Origin: Thermocrinis minervae
Lineage (GTDB): Bacteria > Aquificota > Aquificia > Aquificales > Aquificaceae
DNA: 24,000 bases
Direction of reading: 5' to 3'
Assembly (NCBI RefSeq): GCF_900142435.1
Contig: NZ_LT670846.1
Location: 438,750 to 462,749, forward strand
The notes beneath the pieces were generated by a model. The model saw nothing but the letters and a program-made list of their open reading frames with translations, was not told the origin of the DNA and ran no database searches. How positions within the stretch are numbered: the stretch's first letter is position 1; every line of letters begins with the position of its first letter. Shown in pieces: positions 1-9,316 of this stretch. The position numbers and the translations under genes are program-made.

Positions 1-531
1 AGGGACCTGGACATACTGCTCATAAAGAGGAGTGACCTTAAAGATAGGCTTTTGCCCTTTGGAAGGCTCAGAGAACCCCTTGATTCCATAAGAAGAGCCT
101 CTGCCATAGTCCTATCTTACCAAGATCTCTATCCGTTGGAGTTAAATACAGACAAACCAACCTTTAGGATGTTCAGGAAGGATTGGAAGGTTTTGGATGC
201 GAGGCTTGAACCTGTGGAGGACTACAGGGACCTTGAGTTTACCGCTTTCTGCGGTCTTGGAGACAACAGTCAGTTCTTTGAAACCCTTGACAGGCTTGGT
301 ATAAAGGTTGTGGAAAGGCTGTCCTTTCCAGACCATTACGACTACTCTGGTTTTAAAAAGGATCCTAACAAGCTTTACATAACCACGCTAAAGGATTTTG
401 TAAAGTTTGATGATAGGGATGGGCTTTACGTGCTAGACTTTAGCCTGGAGGTGCCAGGTTTTTTAGAATACGTAAAAACATGCTATAATATATCCGTCAA
501 TTCCTTCAAGGAGGTAGAAAATGGATCTTGA
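1..531 (+). CDS. lpxK: Tetraacyldisaccharide 4'-kinase (LpxK), C-terminal part; gene starts before the window
   Basis: Frame 1 is open from base 1 ([38 protein letters not shown]...). The '[17 protein letters not shown]' segment is typical of LpxK. Confidence 0.8.
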   Translation, partial: RDLDILLIKRSDLKDRLLPFGRLREPLDSIRRASAIVLSYQDLYPLELNTDKPTFRMFRKDWKVLDARLEPVEDYRDLEFTAFCGLGDNSQFFETLDRLGIKVVERLSFPDHYDYSGFKKDPNKLYITTLKDFVKFDDRDGLYVLDFSLEVPGFLEYVKTCYNISVNSFKEVENGS

Positions 532-757
532 ACAGAAAGTAAAGAGTATAATAGCAGACCAACTCGGGGTAGAGGTGGAAAAACTGGTTCCAGAGGCCAA
601 GTTCGTAGAAGACCTGGGAGCCGACTCCTTGGACGTGGTTGAACTCATAATGGCCTTTGAGGAAGAGTTTGGTATAGAGATTCCAGATGAGGATGCCGAG
701 AAGATAAGGACGGTAGGGGACGTTATAGAGTACCTAAAGCAGAAGGTTCAAGGCTGA
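521..757 (+). CDS. acpP: Acyl carrier protein
   Basis: 78 aa with the phosphopantetheine motif [29 protein letters not shown]; lies immediately upstream of fabF. Confidence 0.97.
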   Translation: MDLEQKVKSIIADQLGVEVEKLVPEAKFVEDLGADSLDVVELIMAFEEEFGIEIPDEDAEKIRTVGDVIEYLKQKVQG

Positions 758-760
758 TTG

Positions 761-1999
761 ATGAGAAGGGTTGTAGTCACGGGGCTTGGTGTAGTAAGCC
801 CCATAGGTACAGGTGTTGATAAGTTTTGGAACAACCTCATAAACGGAGTGAGCGGTGTTGACAGGATAAGGCGCTTTGATCCAGAGGAGATAGGTCTCAC
901 CGTTCACATAGCTGCAGAGGTGAAGGATTTTAACCCTGAGGATTACTTTGACAAGAAGGAAGCTCAGAAGGTATCCGATTTTATAAAGTTTGCCGTTGCA
1001 GCCTCCGAAGAAGCCATAAAGGATGCAGGCCTGCTGGATAGTTCCATAAACCCTTACCGCGTAGGCGTCATAATAGGTACAGGCATAGGTGGACTAAGGG
1101 ACATAGAAGAGCAGCAGAAGATCTTGTTGGAAAAAGGTCCTAGGAGAGTATCTCCTTTCTTCATACCCTACGGTATATCCAACATGGCCGCGGGTTTAGT
1201 AGCCATAAGGTACGGCTTTAAGGGACCTAATTACTGCGTAGTTTCAGCCTGTGCAACGGGTAACCACTCCATAGGTGATGCCTTTAGGTTAATACAGAAG
1301 GGTGACATAGACGTGGCCATAGTAGGTGGTTGTGAAAGCGCCATAACGCCTCTTGGAGTTGCAGGTTTTGCATCCATGAGAGCCCTTTCTACTAGGAATC
1401 ACGAACCTCAGAAGGCTTCGAGACCTTTTGATAGAGACAGAGACGGTTTTGTGATGGGAGAGGGTGCGGGTATCTTGGTACTTGAAGAGTACGAACACGC
1501 CAAAGCAAGGGGTGCAAAGATATACGCAGAACTTGTAGGCTATGGAGCTACTGACGACGCCTACCATATAACAGCGCCTTGTGCGGATGGAGAAGGTGCC
1601 TATATGTGTATGAAATTAGCTTTGGAGGACGCAGGTATACCCCCACACGAGGTAGACTACATAAACGCCCACGGTACTTCAACACCTCTTAACGACAAGT
1701 CAGAAACTCTTGCCATAAAAAGGCTCTTTGGAGATCATGCCTACAAGCTTAAAATAAGCTCCAACAAGTCCATGATAGGCCACCTTTTGGGTGCTGCGGG
1801 TGCTGTGGAAGCCGTAGCAACGGTAAAAACCATACAGACGGGTATAATCCCACCCACTATAAACCTGGAGAATCCAGATCCAGAGTGTGATCTAGACTAC
1901 ACTCCCAACGTAGCTCAGAAAAAGGAAGTTGTAGTGGCTATATCCAATTCCTTTGGCTTTGGTGGAACCAATGCATGCCTCGTCTTTAGAAAAATATGA
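761..1999 (+). CDS. fabF: Beta-ketoacyl-ACP synthase II (FabF)
   Basis: [15 protein letters not shown] start, [16 protein letters not shown] active-site Cys, [11 protein letters not shown] and [10 protein letters not shown] motifs. ATG at 761 preferred over TTG at 758. Confidence 0.97.
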   Translation: MRRVVVTGLGVVSPIGTGVDKFWNNLINGVSGVDRIRRFDPEEIGLTVHIAAEVKDFNPEDYFDKKEAQKVSDFIKFAVAASEEAIKDAGLLDSSINPYRVGVIIGTGIGGLRDIEEQQKILLEKGPRRVSPFFIPYGISNMAAGLVAIRYGFKGPNYCVVSACATGNHSIGDAFRLIQKGDIDVAIVGGCESAITPLGVAGFASMRALSTRNHEPQKASRPFDRDRDGFVMGEGAGILVLEEYEHAKARGAKIYAELVGYGATDDAYHITAPCADGEGAYMCMKLALEDAGIPPHEVDYINAHGTSTPLNDKSETLAIKRLFGDHAYKLKISSNKSMIGHLLGAAGAVEAVATVKTIQTGIIPPTINLENPDPECDLDYTPNVAQKKEVVVAISNSFGFGGTNACLVFRKI

Positions 2000-2663
2000 A
2001 TACATAGAGAAGGTTCTAGGTTACACCTTCAAGGATAAATCCATCCTGCAGAAAGCTCTTACACATAAGTCTTACTCCGAAGAAGGTATGGAAAACTACG
2101 AAACTCTGGAGTTCCTGGGAGATAGCCTGGTCAATCTTTTCGTTGTTGATGTACTCTTTTCAGAGTTTCCTAAGGCTAGGGAAGGAGAACTCGCGCAGAT
2201 GAAGGCCTACTTTATAAGCGAGGACTTTTTAGGAGAGCTTGCTCACGAGCTTAGGCTGGATGAGTACGTTCTGGTGGGGGGAAAGAAGAAAGAGAAGAGT
2301 CTCTCCATAATAGCGGATACCTTTGAAGCCCTTTGGGCTGCTGTTTACTTAGACAGTGGTAAGGACTTGAACTTTGTACGCCAGATCTTTGAAAGACTGT
2401 ACAAGGATAGGATAGTAAGGCTGGCTAAGGAGAACAAACACAGAAGGGATTACAAGACGATGCTACAGGAATACACCCAGAAGAAATGGAAGGAGAGGCC
2501 AACTTACAGACTCGTATCCGTAAGCGGAAACGACAACGAGAAGGTTTTTCACGTGGAGTGTACCTTTAGAGATTACAGAGCTATAGGCGTGGGTAGGAAT
2601 AAAAAGGAAGCTGAGCAAGACTCGGCAAGAAAGCTTCTAGAGATGCTTCAGATGAACATGTAA
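1971..2663 (+). CDS. rnc: Ribonuclease III
   Basis: [18 protein letters not shown] signature and C-terminal dsRBD ([23 protein letters not shown]...). ATG at 1971 preferred; it overlaps the 3' end of fabF. Confidence 0.95.
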   Translation: MHASSLEKYEYIEKVLGYTFKDKSILQKALTHKSYSEEGMENYETLEFLGDSLVNLFVVDVLFSEFPKAREGELAQMKAYFISEDFLGELAHELRLDEYVLVGGKKKEKSLSIIADTFEALWAAVYLDSGKDLNFVRQIFERLYKDRIVRLAKENKHRRDYKTMLQEYTQKKWKERPTYRLVSVSGNDNEKVFHVECTFRDYRAIGVGRNKKEAEQDSARKLLEMLQMNM

Positions 2664-3157
2664 CTTTCGTGCTTTACACCCTTACAGAAGTTTTTGGCAT
2701 GCTCTACCATATGTCTGTAAACTTTAAAGGGTGTTATAAGGGATCTTAGCCTTTCGTCTTCTTCACCCAAGTTTATGATCATATCAAGTGTGGATAGTAT
2801 GTCCTCTATTCTTCCGTTGGATGTACCTATTATATCAAGCCTGTGGAGTTCCCTCTCTAGTTCTTCGGGCAGGTTTGCAAGTATGGTGAGGTCAAAGTTA
2901 AAAAGCTCGTACATGTCGTACATGTACTCAAGGTTCTCATAGAGCCTTTTCAGAAGCTCCCCTTCTACTATGGATATTATCCGTAAGTACTTATCCCTTG
3001 CATCATCTTCCAGGAGGCTGTCTGCGAGGAACTTACCCTCCTCTATGTCTGCCTTTATCTCTGCTATCAGACCTTCCATGAGGTCTATACATAGCTTCGC
3101 CATCCTGTCGTGTAGAAGAACCATACCCAAAAGTTTTGTTTTGTCCCCTTTGTTCAT
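2648..3157 (-). CDS. Uncharacterised helical protein
   Basis: 169 aa open frame, acidic and helical in composition, with no family signature I recognise. It continues the same-strand gene group. Confidence 0.65.
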   Translation of the reverse strand: MNKGDKTKLLGMVLLHDRMAKLCIDLMEGLIAEIKADIEEGKFLADSLLEDDARDKYLRIISIVEGELLKRLYENLEYMYDMYELFNFDLTILANLPEELERELHRLDIIGTSNGRIEDILSTLDMIINLGEEDERLRSLITPFKVYRHMVEHAKNFCKGVKHESYMFI

Positions 3158-3476
3158 ACAGGTCCTCCACGTATGTTAATCCTAACTCTCCAAGTCTTTC
3201 CCTGAATTCTTCTATTAAAATATATCCCTGGGAAGACAGAATGCTCCTTATTTTGCGGGTAAGCTCCTCCCCTTCTCTATCCAAATCCAGTAGGAGTATT
3301 ACTTCCCTGAAGGGTTCTAGAAGGTCAGGAAGGTCCGTAAGCCTTTTACCAGACAGTGTGTAGATATTCTTTACCCCGTAGTAGGAAAGAGCTTCTTTGT
3401 CCCTTTTGCCCTCTACCAAAACTGCCCTACTCTTTGAGGCTTCCCTCAAACTCTTGATGTACTCCTCGAATTCCAT
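3033..3476 (-). CDS. Small TOPRIM-domain protein (UPF0292/RNase M5-like)
   Basis: ATG at 3476: MEFEEYIKSLREASKSRAVLVEGKRDKEALSYYGVKNIYTLSGKRL...VILLLDLDREGEELTRKI; TOPRIM E (VEG) and DxD (DLDREG) motifs. The 3' end is uncertain (see findings). Confidence 0.7.
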   Translation of the reverse strand: MEFEEYIKSLREASKSRAVLVEGKRDKEALSYYGVKNIYTLSGKRLTDLPDLLEPFREVILLLDLDREGEELTRKIRSILSSQGYILIEEFRERLGELGLTYVEDLYEQRGQNKTFGYGSSTRQDGEAMYRPHGRSDSRDKGRHRGG

Positions 3477-4093
3477 AGCTCTATGATTTCTGTAGGAGTG
3501 TTTAATATAAAATCTGGCTCTTCTTGCATATCCTTTGTGTATCCCCAAAGGGCTAGAGCTGTATACACGCTTGCCCTCTTCCCTGAAAGTATATCGGCCT
3601 CTGTATCGCCTACTATCAAGGATTCCTTCGGTTTAACTGAAAACTTCTCCAAGGTTTTGATGATGGGCAGAGCTGAAGGCTTCTTCTCATGGTAGGTATC
3701 GCCGCCTACCACCAGGCTAAAGTAGTCAAGGAGCTTTAGAGTGTCCAGGATCTTGTAGCTTATCTCTTCCATCTTGTTGGTCACTACAGTCATGATCACA
3801 CCTTTTGACCTTAAAAACTCTAAAGCTTCTGGTATTCCCTCGTATGGTCTTGTATAAACAACAGGATGCTGTCTGTAATAGCCTCTGAAGACCTCTAAGG
3901 CTTTGTCCACATCTTCAGGTGGAAAGAACTTTTCCAACAGGGCTCTTGCTCCAGAGCCTATGTACCTTCTGACTGTCTGGCTTTCTACCTGTGGTTTTCC
4001 AAAGTCCCTAAGGGTCATGTTAAGGCAGAGGGTTATGTCCTGACACGAGTCTATGAGGGTTCCGTCAAGATCAAAGATGACGAGTTTAAACAT
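3446..4093 (-). CDS. gph: Phosphoglycolate phosphatase-like HAD hydrolase
   Basis: MFKLVIFDLDGTLIDSCQDI (HAD motif I), VVTNKM (motif II), KPLPI...ESLIVGDTEADILSGKRA (motifs III and IV). Confidence 0.85.
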   Translation of the reverse strand: MFKLVIFDLDGTLIDSCQDITLCLNMTLRDFGKPQVESQTVRRYIGSGARALLEKFFPPEDVDKALEVFRGYYRQHPVVYTRPYEGIPEALEFLRSKGVIMTVVTNKMEEISYKILDTLKLLDYFSLVVGGDTYHEKKPSALPIIKTLEKFSVKPKESLIVGDTEADILSGKRASVYTALALWGYTKDMQEEPDFILNTPTEIIELWNSRSTSRV

Positions 4094-4111
4094 ATATTTG
4101 ATTATAGGCTC

Positions 4112-5455
4112 ATGGAAAAGATAAAGACGGATTTACCATACAGGCTGGAATCTTTAGGCTGGACGCCCTTCCATACAAAGCTCGTGCTCGTGTTGGGTAT
4201 AACGTGGGTCTTTGATGCTTTTGAAGTGGTGATGGCTGGAGCTGTGGCAAAGCCCATGGCTAAAACCTTAGGCTTTGTCGATGTGCAGACCTCCTTTTTT
4301 ATAACCTCCTTTTTAGTGGGTGCTTTGGTAGGTTCTCTCCTCTTTGGCTACTTTGCAGATAGATACGGAAGGAAAAAGCTATTCCTCCTTACCCTTTTCT
4401 TGTACGCTTTGTCTACCTTCCTTACTGGCTTTGCCTGGGATTTTTACAGCGCCGTCCTTTTTAGGATCCTTGCGGGTGCTGGGCTTGGGGGAGAGTTTGC
4501 CGCCATACAGTCAGTCATAGACGAGTTCATGCCGGCAAAGCATAGGGGAAAGGTGGACGGTATAATAGCCGCTCTATGGAACTTTGGTGGGTTGTCCGCT
4601 TCCTTGACTGCTTACTTGCTCATAGACCTCTTGGGTGAGGGTATTGCCTGGCGCTTTGGTTTTTGGGTAGCAGCCCTGTTTGCTATCGTTATAGTTTACG
4701 CCAGGAGAAACCTACCAGACTCTCCGAGATGGCTCCTTTCCAGGGGAAGGACGGAAGAGGCAGAAAGGATCGTGGAAAGCCTGGAAAAGAAGTACTGTAG
4801 GACCTCTGAGGATGCCAAAGCCTGCGAGGTTCCTGTCTTTGAAGGTGGTATGTTTAAGGCCACGAGAGAGATTTTAACTAAATACCGATGGAGGTTTCTC
4901 TTTAGCGCATCTATCAGCTTTACCATCCTTACTACCTACTACAGCTTTATAAGCCTTATACCTACGGGGTTTGCCAAGAGGTTTGACCTGGACCCTCATA
5001 GCATAACTTTGGTCTACACGGCCATAAACGTAGCAGGGCTTGTGGGTGGGCTCTTTGTAGCCTTGCTGGTGGACTCTGTGGGCAGGAAGAGGCTTGGTCT
5101 TTTTATCTCCTTTTTCTCTCTGCTGCTTTCTCTTTTCTTCCTTTCAGGTGCTGGTTTTGTTTGGGTGCTTTCCCTCTACTCGCTCGTGGCCTTCTCCTTT
5201 CCCTCTGTGGCTTACGTGGTGGCCACAGAAATATACCCTTCTTACATAAGGGCGTACGTCATAGGCCTGTTGTCTGTGGTGGGTAGGGTCGGTGGGGCCT
5301 TTGTGCCGCCTGTGGTTACGTACTTGGCCACTAAGGATTACATTTATGGCATCCTAGCTTTCAGTGCTCTGTGGTTTGTGGGTTTCTTGGCTTTTCTCCT
5401 CTGGAACATGTTCGGGAAGGAGACCAAGGGCAAGCCCTTGGAAGAGATAGCATAA
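4112..5455 (+). CDS. MFS transporter (sugar / aromatic acid:H+ symporter-like)
   Basis: 447 aa with about 12 TM segments; FGYFADRYGRKKLF loop and RILAGAGLGGEFAA motifs typical of the MFS. Confidence 0.9.
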   Translation: MEKIKTDLPYRLESLGWTPFHTKLVLVLGITWVFDAFEVVMAGAVAKPMAKTLGFVDVQTSFFITSFLVGALVGSLLFGYFADRYGRKKLFLLTLFLYALSTFLTGFAWDFYSAVLFRILAGAGLGGEFAAIQSVIDEFMPAKHRGKVDGIIAALWNFGGLSASLTAYLLIDLLGEGIAWRFGFWVAALFAIVIVYARRNLPDSPRWLLSRGRTEEAERIVESLEKKYCRTSEDAKACEVPVFEGGMFKATREILTKYRWRFLFSASISFTILTTYYSFISLIPTGFAKRFDLDPHSITLVYTAINVAGLVGGLFVALLVDSVGRKRLGLFISFFSLLLSLFFLSGAGFVWVLSLYSLVAFSFPSVAYVVATEIYPSYIRAYVIGLLSVVGRVGGAFVPPVVTYLATKDYIYGILAFSALWFVGFLAFLLWNMFGKETKGKPLEEIA

Positions 5456-5467
5456 AATACCTTAATC

Positions 5468-6115
5468 ATGGTAAAGGTAACCATACTAGAACTGAAGGAG
5501 GAGGCTGGCAGTATAGTTGAAAAACTTTCCGAGCTTGGTGTGAGCGTGAAGGATCTTTTCAGGAGCTTAAACTCCAAAGGAAGCTTTACCTTTTACCTGG
5601 ATAAGAAAGACTACCAGGATCTCCTTCCGTTGCTCGAGAAAGAATGCGTATTCCAAGCTTCCATAGAGGACACTAAAGAGGTAAGCCCTTGGGGTTTCTT
5701 CTCCACTGCCATGTTGGATACCTTCCTCGTCTTTCATACATCCCAGTGGCTAGTAGAGGGCTTAAAAGTGAAGGACTTCCTAAACCTTTACATTTCAAAC
5801 CCTACCCTGCTCTGGTCTATTGAATCCATCCTTAAGCTTGCCTTTGCTTATGCCTTCTACAGGGGTTTTGTGGAAAACCTGCTTACCACTCCCTTTGGAT
5901 ACCTTTTTAAACTCAAGCTAAGACAAGACTCACAGGTTGGCCTTTTCACCACAATTTACCTTCTGCCCTTTGCCTCCCTGCTGTTAATCTCCTCTCCCTT
6001 CACACTCTATCTTAAACTCCTTGGACTTTTCCTCTTTGGCTTCTTCGTGGCAAGCCTCTTTCAGAACTTTTTCAAAGAGAGGTATGGCTTGTTACTTACT
6101 GCAGGAAACACCTGA
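5468..6115 (+). CDS. Membrane protein with an ACT-like N-terminal region
   Basis: 215 aa. The N-terminus ([33 protein letters not shown]...[20 protein letters not shown]) has an ACT-like alternation, followed by several hydrophobic helices. Confidence 0.6.
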   Translation: MVKVTILELKEEAGSIVEKLSELGVSVKDLFRSLNSKGSFTFYLDKKDYQDLLPLLEKECVFQASIEDTKEVSPWGFFSTAMLDTFLVFHTSQWLVEGLKVKDFLNLYISNPTLLWSIESILKLAFAYAFYRGFVENLLTTPFGYLFKLKLRQDSQVGLFTTIYLLPFASLLLISSPFTLYLKLLGLFLFGFFVASLFQNFFKERYGLLLTAGNT

Positions 6116-6497
6116 AGGGTCTTGTATCAACGGTACAGACCACCAGCACGTCCGATCCACCCAGCCTCCCCTCTATCCTACCCTGAGAGAGTACACCTCG
6201 AGCTGTGCAGACTGGAATCTGCACGACTGTAAGCTGAAGGTTTCCCGCTTGGGTGTTCACGTTTCTACAGTTGGGAAACCTTGGATCTGTGAGAGGGTCC
6301 GTATAGGCTTCATCAGCTGGCTCTGAAGAGCAATGGGAAACTATGTCCATCATACAGCCCCTTAGGATGGGAAGCACGTATGAGGTGGCGTTGGCCCTCC
6401 TTGCGTAGTTAAGGTAAGCAGGTATGGCAAGGGATACAAGGATGGCTATGATGGATATAACTACCAAAAGCTCTACAAGGGTAAAGCCCTTTTTCAT
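6096..6497 (-). CDS. Type IV pilin-like protein
   Basis: [34 protein letters not shown] is a classic prepilin N-terminus. ATG at 6497; the track starts at a TTG at 6503. Confidence 0.9.
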   Translation of the reverse strand: MKKGFTLVELLVVISIIAILVSLAIPAYLNYARRANATSYVLPILRGCMMDIVSHCSSEPADEAYTDPLTDPRFPNCRNVNTQAGNLQLTVVQIPVCTARGVLSQGRIEGRLGGSDVLVVCTVDTRPFRCFLQ

Positions 6498-6505
6498 GTT
6501 CAAAG

Positions 6506-6525
6506 GCGGGCCCTACAGGGCCCGC
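6506..6525. promoter_or_regulatory. Perfect 8-bp stem / 4-nt loop inverted repeat between the pilin genes
   Basis: GCGGGCCC-TACA-GGGCCCGC. Confidence 0.8.
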
Positions 6526-6536
6526 AAGCGTGTGTA

Positions 6537-7079
6537 TTACTGTCCAGATATTACGCTACACCTTACAGAACCGCCTTGACCACCTTGACCGCCTTGACCA
6601 CCTTGACCGCCTACAAAAGCACATGCAACAGCAAAGTCTTGTACATTTGCTAGTGTGGCCGTTACTGTGTTATCAGCTGTTGCATCAGCAAGTCTTTGTG
6701 GGAAGTTTGCAGCCTGCAGTGCTGGTGGTGTTCCATCTTGCCCGCAGGCACCGTTGGCAAGCTGGCCGTTAGGTTGAAGGTTCACCTGACCACCTGCAGT
6801 TTGTACTGCTGCAGTACGACAGTTTGCTAGGTTAGCAGGTTGTATGGGCTGGCCTGGGTTTTCCTGGCAGAAGGCTACTATGTCCAACATACAACCCCTT
6901 GCTATGGGTTCTGCGTAGGAGGATACCCTTGCTTTCCTTTGGTATGCCAGGTACTGGGGTATGGCCAAGGATGCCAGTATGGCTATGATGGCTATGACTA
7001 CGAGCAGCTCAATGAGTGTGAAACCCTTTGAGCTGTTTAGCCTTGCGGCTCTGCTTGTAGCTTCGTAAAGGTTCCTCAT
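6537..7079 (-). CDS. Type IV pilin-like protein with a Gly-Gly-Gln repeat
   Basis: SSKGFTLIELLVVIAIIAILASLAIPQYLAYQRKARV prepilin motif; good ribosome binding site (AAAGGGAGG) upstream on the minus strand. Confidence 0.93.
   Translation of the reverse strand: MRNLYEATSRAARLNSSKGFTLIELLVVIAIIAILASLAIPQYLAYQRKARVSSYAEPIARGCMLDIVAFCQENPGQPIQPANLANCRTAAVQTAGGQVNLQPNGQLANGACGQDGTPPALQAANFPQRLADATADNTVTATLANVQDFAVACAFVGGQGGQGGQGGQGGSVRCSVISGQ
6571..6611. repeat. In-frame tandem repeat encoding GGQGGQGGQGGQGG in the pilin C-terminal region
   Basis: Repeated 9-nt units CC(G/A)CCTTGA on the plus strand. Confidence 0.95.
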
Positions 7080-7227
7080 GGTACTACCTCCCTTTAAGTT
7101 TTCCCTCCCTTAGGGCGCCCTTCAGGAGGTTAAGTTTTAATTTTCCACATTTTTGGTACACTGTCAAGGTGCTTCACAAAAGCTTCACAGACAAAAGATG
7201 GTAAAATATAGAAGAAGGAGAGAAGCC

Positions 7228-7434
7228 ATGGCCAAGTGTTATGTATGTGGTAAAAAAACGGTTTTTGGCAAGAGTGTTACCTTCTCGGCGGAGAGGAACA
7301 GCAGGACCTTTAAGCCAAACCTTCAGAGAGTGCGCATAAGGTTGGAGGATGGCTCTGTCAGAAGGGTTTACGTGTGCACCAAGTGTTTGAAAGCTGGTAA
7401 GGTGGTAAAGGTTGTCAGGACAGGTCAAGACTAG
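7228..7434 (+). CDS. rpmB: 50S ribosomal protein L28
   Basis: MAKCYVCGKKTVFGKSVTFSAERNSRTFKPNLQRVRI...; ATG at 7228 with GGAG upstream; the longer track ORF is over-extended. Confidence 0.95.
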   Translation: MAKCYVCGKKTVFGKSVTFSAERNSRTFKPNLQRVRIRLEDGSVRRVYVCTKCLKAGKVVKVVRTGQD

Positions 7435-7437
7435 CTT

Positions 7438-8595
7438 ATGCCCATAAGGTTCTTTACAGCTGGGGAATCCCACGGAAGGGGTGTTTTCTGCTTTTTGGAG
7501 GGTATTCCTGCAAACCTTGATATATCATCCGAGTACATAAACAGAGAGCTGGAGAGGAGGCAGAGGGGTTATGGAAGGGGTGGGAGGATGGCCATAGAGA
7601 GGGACAGGGTGGAGTTTCTCGCAGGCGTACGCTTTGGCAGGACCCTTGGGAGTCCCATCTGTATGGCCGTTTGGAACAAGGATTGGGAAAACTGGAAGGA
7701 GAAGATGGCTCCGGAGGGAGAAGTTCCAGATTCTGTGGTTCCTTTTACAAGACCAAGACCAGGACATGCAGACCTTTCGGGTGGTATAAAGTACAACCAG
7801 AGAGATCTAAGGAACATACTGGAGAGAGCTTCAGCAAGAGAGACGGTGGGTAGAGTTCTTGCTGGTGCTGTGTGCAAGAGGTTTTTGGAAGAGTTTGGTA
7901 TAAGAATAGGTAGCTACGTGATCAGTATAGGTAGGCTATCGCCTGATATAAAAGAGGAGGATCTGTTAAAGAGACATGAGCTTGCAGAAAGCTCTCAGGT
8001 ACGCTTTCCAGATCCAAGAATGGACGATGAGTTTATAAAGCTCATAGATGAAGCAAAGGAAAAGGGTGAAAGCCTGGGGGGTGTTTTTGAAGTCTTTGCC
8101 GTGGGGGTCCCTCCAGGCCTTGGGAGTCATGTCCAATGGGACAAGCGCATAGATGGAAGGATAGCCCAGGCTATGATGAGCATACAGGCCATAAAAGGGG
8201 TGGAGATAGGGCTGGGTTTTGAAAGCGCAAGGAGGTTTGGTTCTGAGGTACACGATGAAATAGGTTGGAACGAGGGATACTTTAGGTACTCCAATAACCT
8301 GGGTGGTACGGAAGGGGGTATAACCAACGGCATGCCTATAATAGTGAGGTGTGCCATGAAACCCATACCCACTCTTACAAAGCCTTTAAGAAGCGTGGAC
8401 ATAAACACAAAGCAGGAGGTCAGGGCTGGTAAGGAGAGGAGCGATGTGGTTGCTGTACCAGCCGCCTCTATAGTAGGGGAGGCCATGCTTGCCATAATCT
8501 TAGCAGATGCTCTCCTTGAAAAACTAGGTGGTGATTTTATGGAAGAGATAAAGGAAAGGTATCAAAGGTACTTAGAGTATGTTAAAAATTTTTGA
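7438..8595 (+). CDS. aroC: Chorismate synthase
   Basis: [36 protein letters not shown] and [16 protein letters not shown]-like signatures ([15 protein letters not shown]). Confidence 0.97.
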   Translation: MPIRFFTAGESHGRGVFCFLEGIPANLDISSEYINRELERRQRGYGRGGRMAIERDRVEFLAGVRFGRTLGSPICMAVWNKDWENWKEKMAPEGEVPDSVVPFTRPRPGHADLSGGIKYNQRDLRNILERASARETVGRVLAGAVCKRFLEEFGIRIGSYVISIGRLSPDIKEEDLLKRHELAESSQVRFPDPRMDDEFIKLIDEAKEKGESLGGVFEVFAVGVPPGLGSHVQWDKRIDGRIAQAMMSIQAIKGVEIGLGFESARRFGSEVHDEIGWNEGYFRYSNNLGGTEGGITNGMPIIVRCAMKPIPTLTKPLRSVDINTKQEVRAGKERSDVVAVPAASIVGEAMLAIILADALLEKLGGDFMEEIKERYQRYLEYVKNF

Positions 8596-9316
8596 GGAGG
8601 TTGGTAAGGCCACTCTTTTGACCCTATGGGGTATCTACTTTATGTTCACAAAGCCTCCCAAGCTGAGACATTTTATAAAGCAGCTTGCCTATTTGGGGGC
8701 CGAAACGGTACCTGTGGTCATCATAACTTCCATATTCTCGGGGGGCGTTATAGCTCTCCAGACTTACAGCACTTTTCATAGGTTCAACGCCGAATTCTTG
8801 ATAGGTGCTGTGGTAGCCATATCCATGGGTAGGGAACTCGGCCCTGTGCTTTCCTCCCTCATGGTGGTGGCAAGGGTAGGCTCGGCCATGACGGCCAACA
8901 TAGGAACCATGAGGATAACGGAACAGATTGATGCCCTTGAAGTCATGGGCATAAACTCCATAAGCTATTTGGTAAGCCCTAGAATCTTTGCAGGCGTTGT
9001 AGGTGTACCCATGCTAGTCGTTCTCTCGGATCTAGCTGGTATATTTGGAGGATGGTTCGTGGCTGTAAAGCTTTTCCACGTAAACGAGTACCTCTTTTGG
9101 CAGAAGATGGTAGATCTCGCAGAACTAAAAGATTTTATAGGTGGCCTTTACAAAGCTTTCTTCTTTGGCCTGCTCATATCCTCCGTGAGCTGTTACTTTG
9201 GCTACTACACAGAAGGTGGAACAGAAGGCGTGGGGAGGGCTACTACAAACAGTGTGGTAGTCTCTTCTATGCTCATACTCATATCCGACTACTTCCTGAC
9301 GGCTATAATATGGTGA
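8579..9316 (+). CDS. mlaE: MlaE family ABC transporter permease
   Basis: 245 aa; GVIALQTY...[59 protein letters not shown], the MlaE/Ttg2B signature. Confidence 0.9.
   Translation: MLKIFEEVGKATLLTLWGIYFMFTKPPKLRHFIKQLAYLGAETVPVVIITSIFSGGVIALQTYSTFHRFNAEFLIGAVVAISMGRELGPVLSSLMVVARVGSAMTANIGTMRITEQIDALEVMGINSISYLVSPRIFAGVVGVPMLVVLSDLAGIFGGWFVAVKLFHVNEYLFWQKMVDLAELKDFIGGLYKAFFFGLLISSVSCYFGYYTEGGTEGVGRATTNSVVVSSMLILISDYFLTAIIW

Noticed and set aside
1953-1970. Extended start of rnc
   Set aside because: The extension uses an alternative TTG start inside fabF; ATG 1971 fits better.
6571-6611. Regularly repeated DNA that might suggest a CRISPR or satellite array
   Set aside because: Units are 9 nt, contiguous, without spacers, and keep the pilin frame, encoding GGQ repeats.
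6530-6772. Plus-strand ORF with HLDRLDHLDRLDHLDRL repeats
   Set aside because: It is the antisense shadow of the pilin GGQ repeat; the minus-strand gene is clearly real.
7171-7212. Direct repeat GCTTCACA x2 (7171-7178, 7182-7189) and weak promoter TTCACA-N17-TATAGA upstream of rpmB
   Set aside because: Both are short and of low specificity; possibly an ordinary rpmB promoter but not strong enough to report as a feature.
7153-7227. N-terminal extension of L28
   Set aside because: L28 begins MAKCYVCGK at ATG 7228 with a ribosome binding site directly upstream.
9052-9309. Upstream extension of the PAP2 ORF
   Set aside because: It overlaps mlaE out of frame with non-protein-like sequence; ATG 9310 is a natural start.
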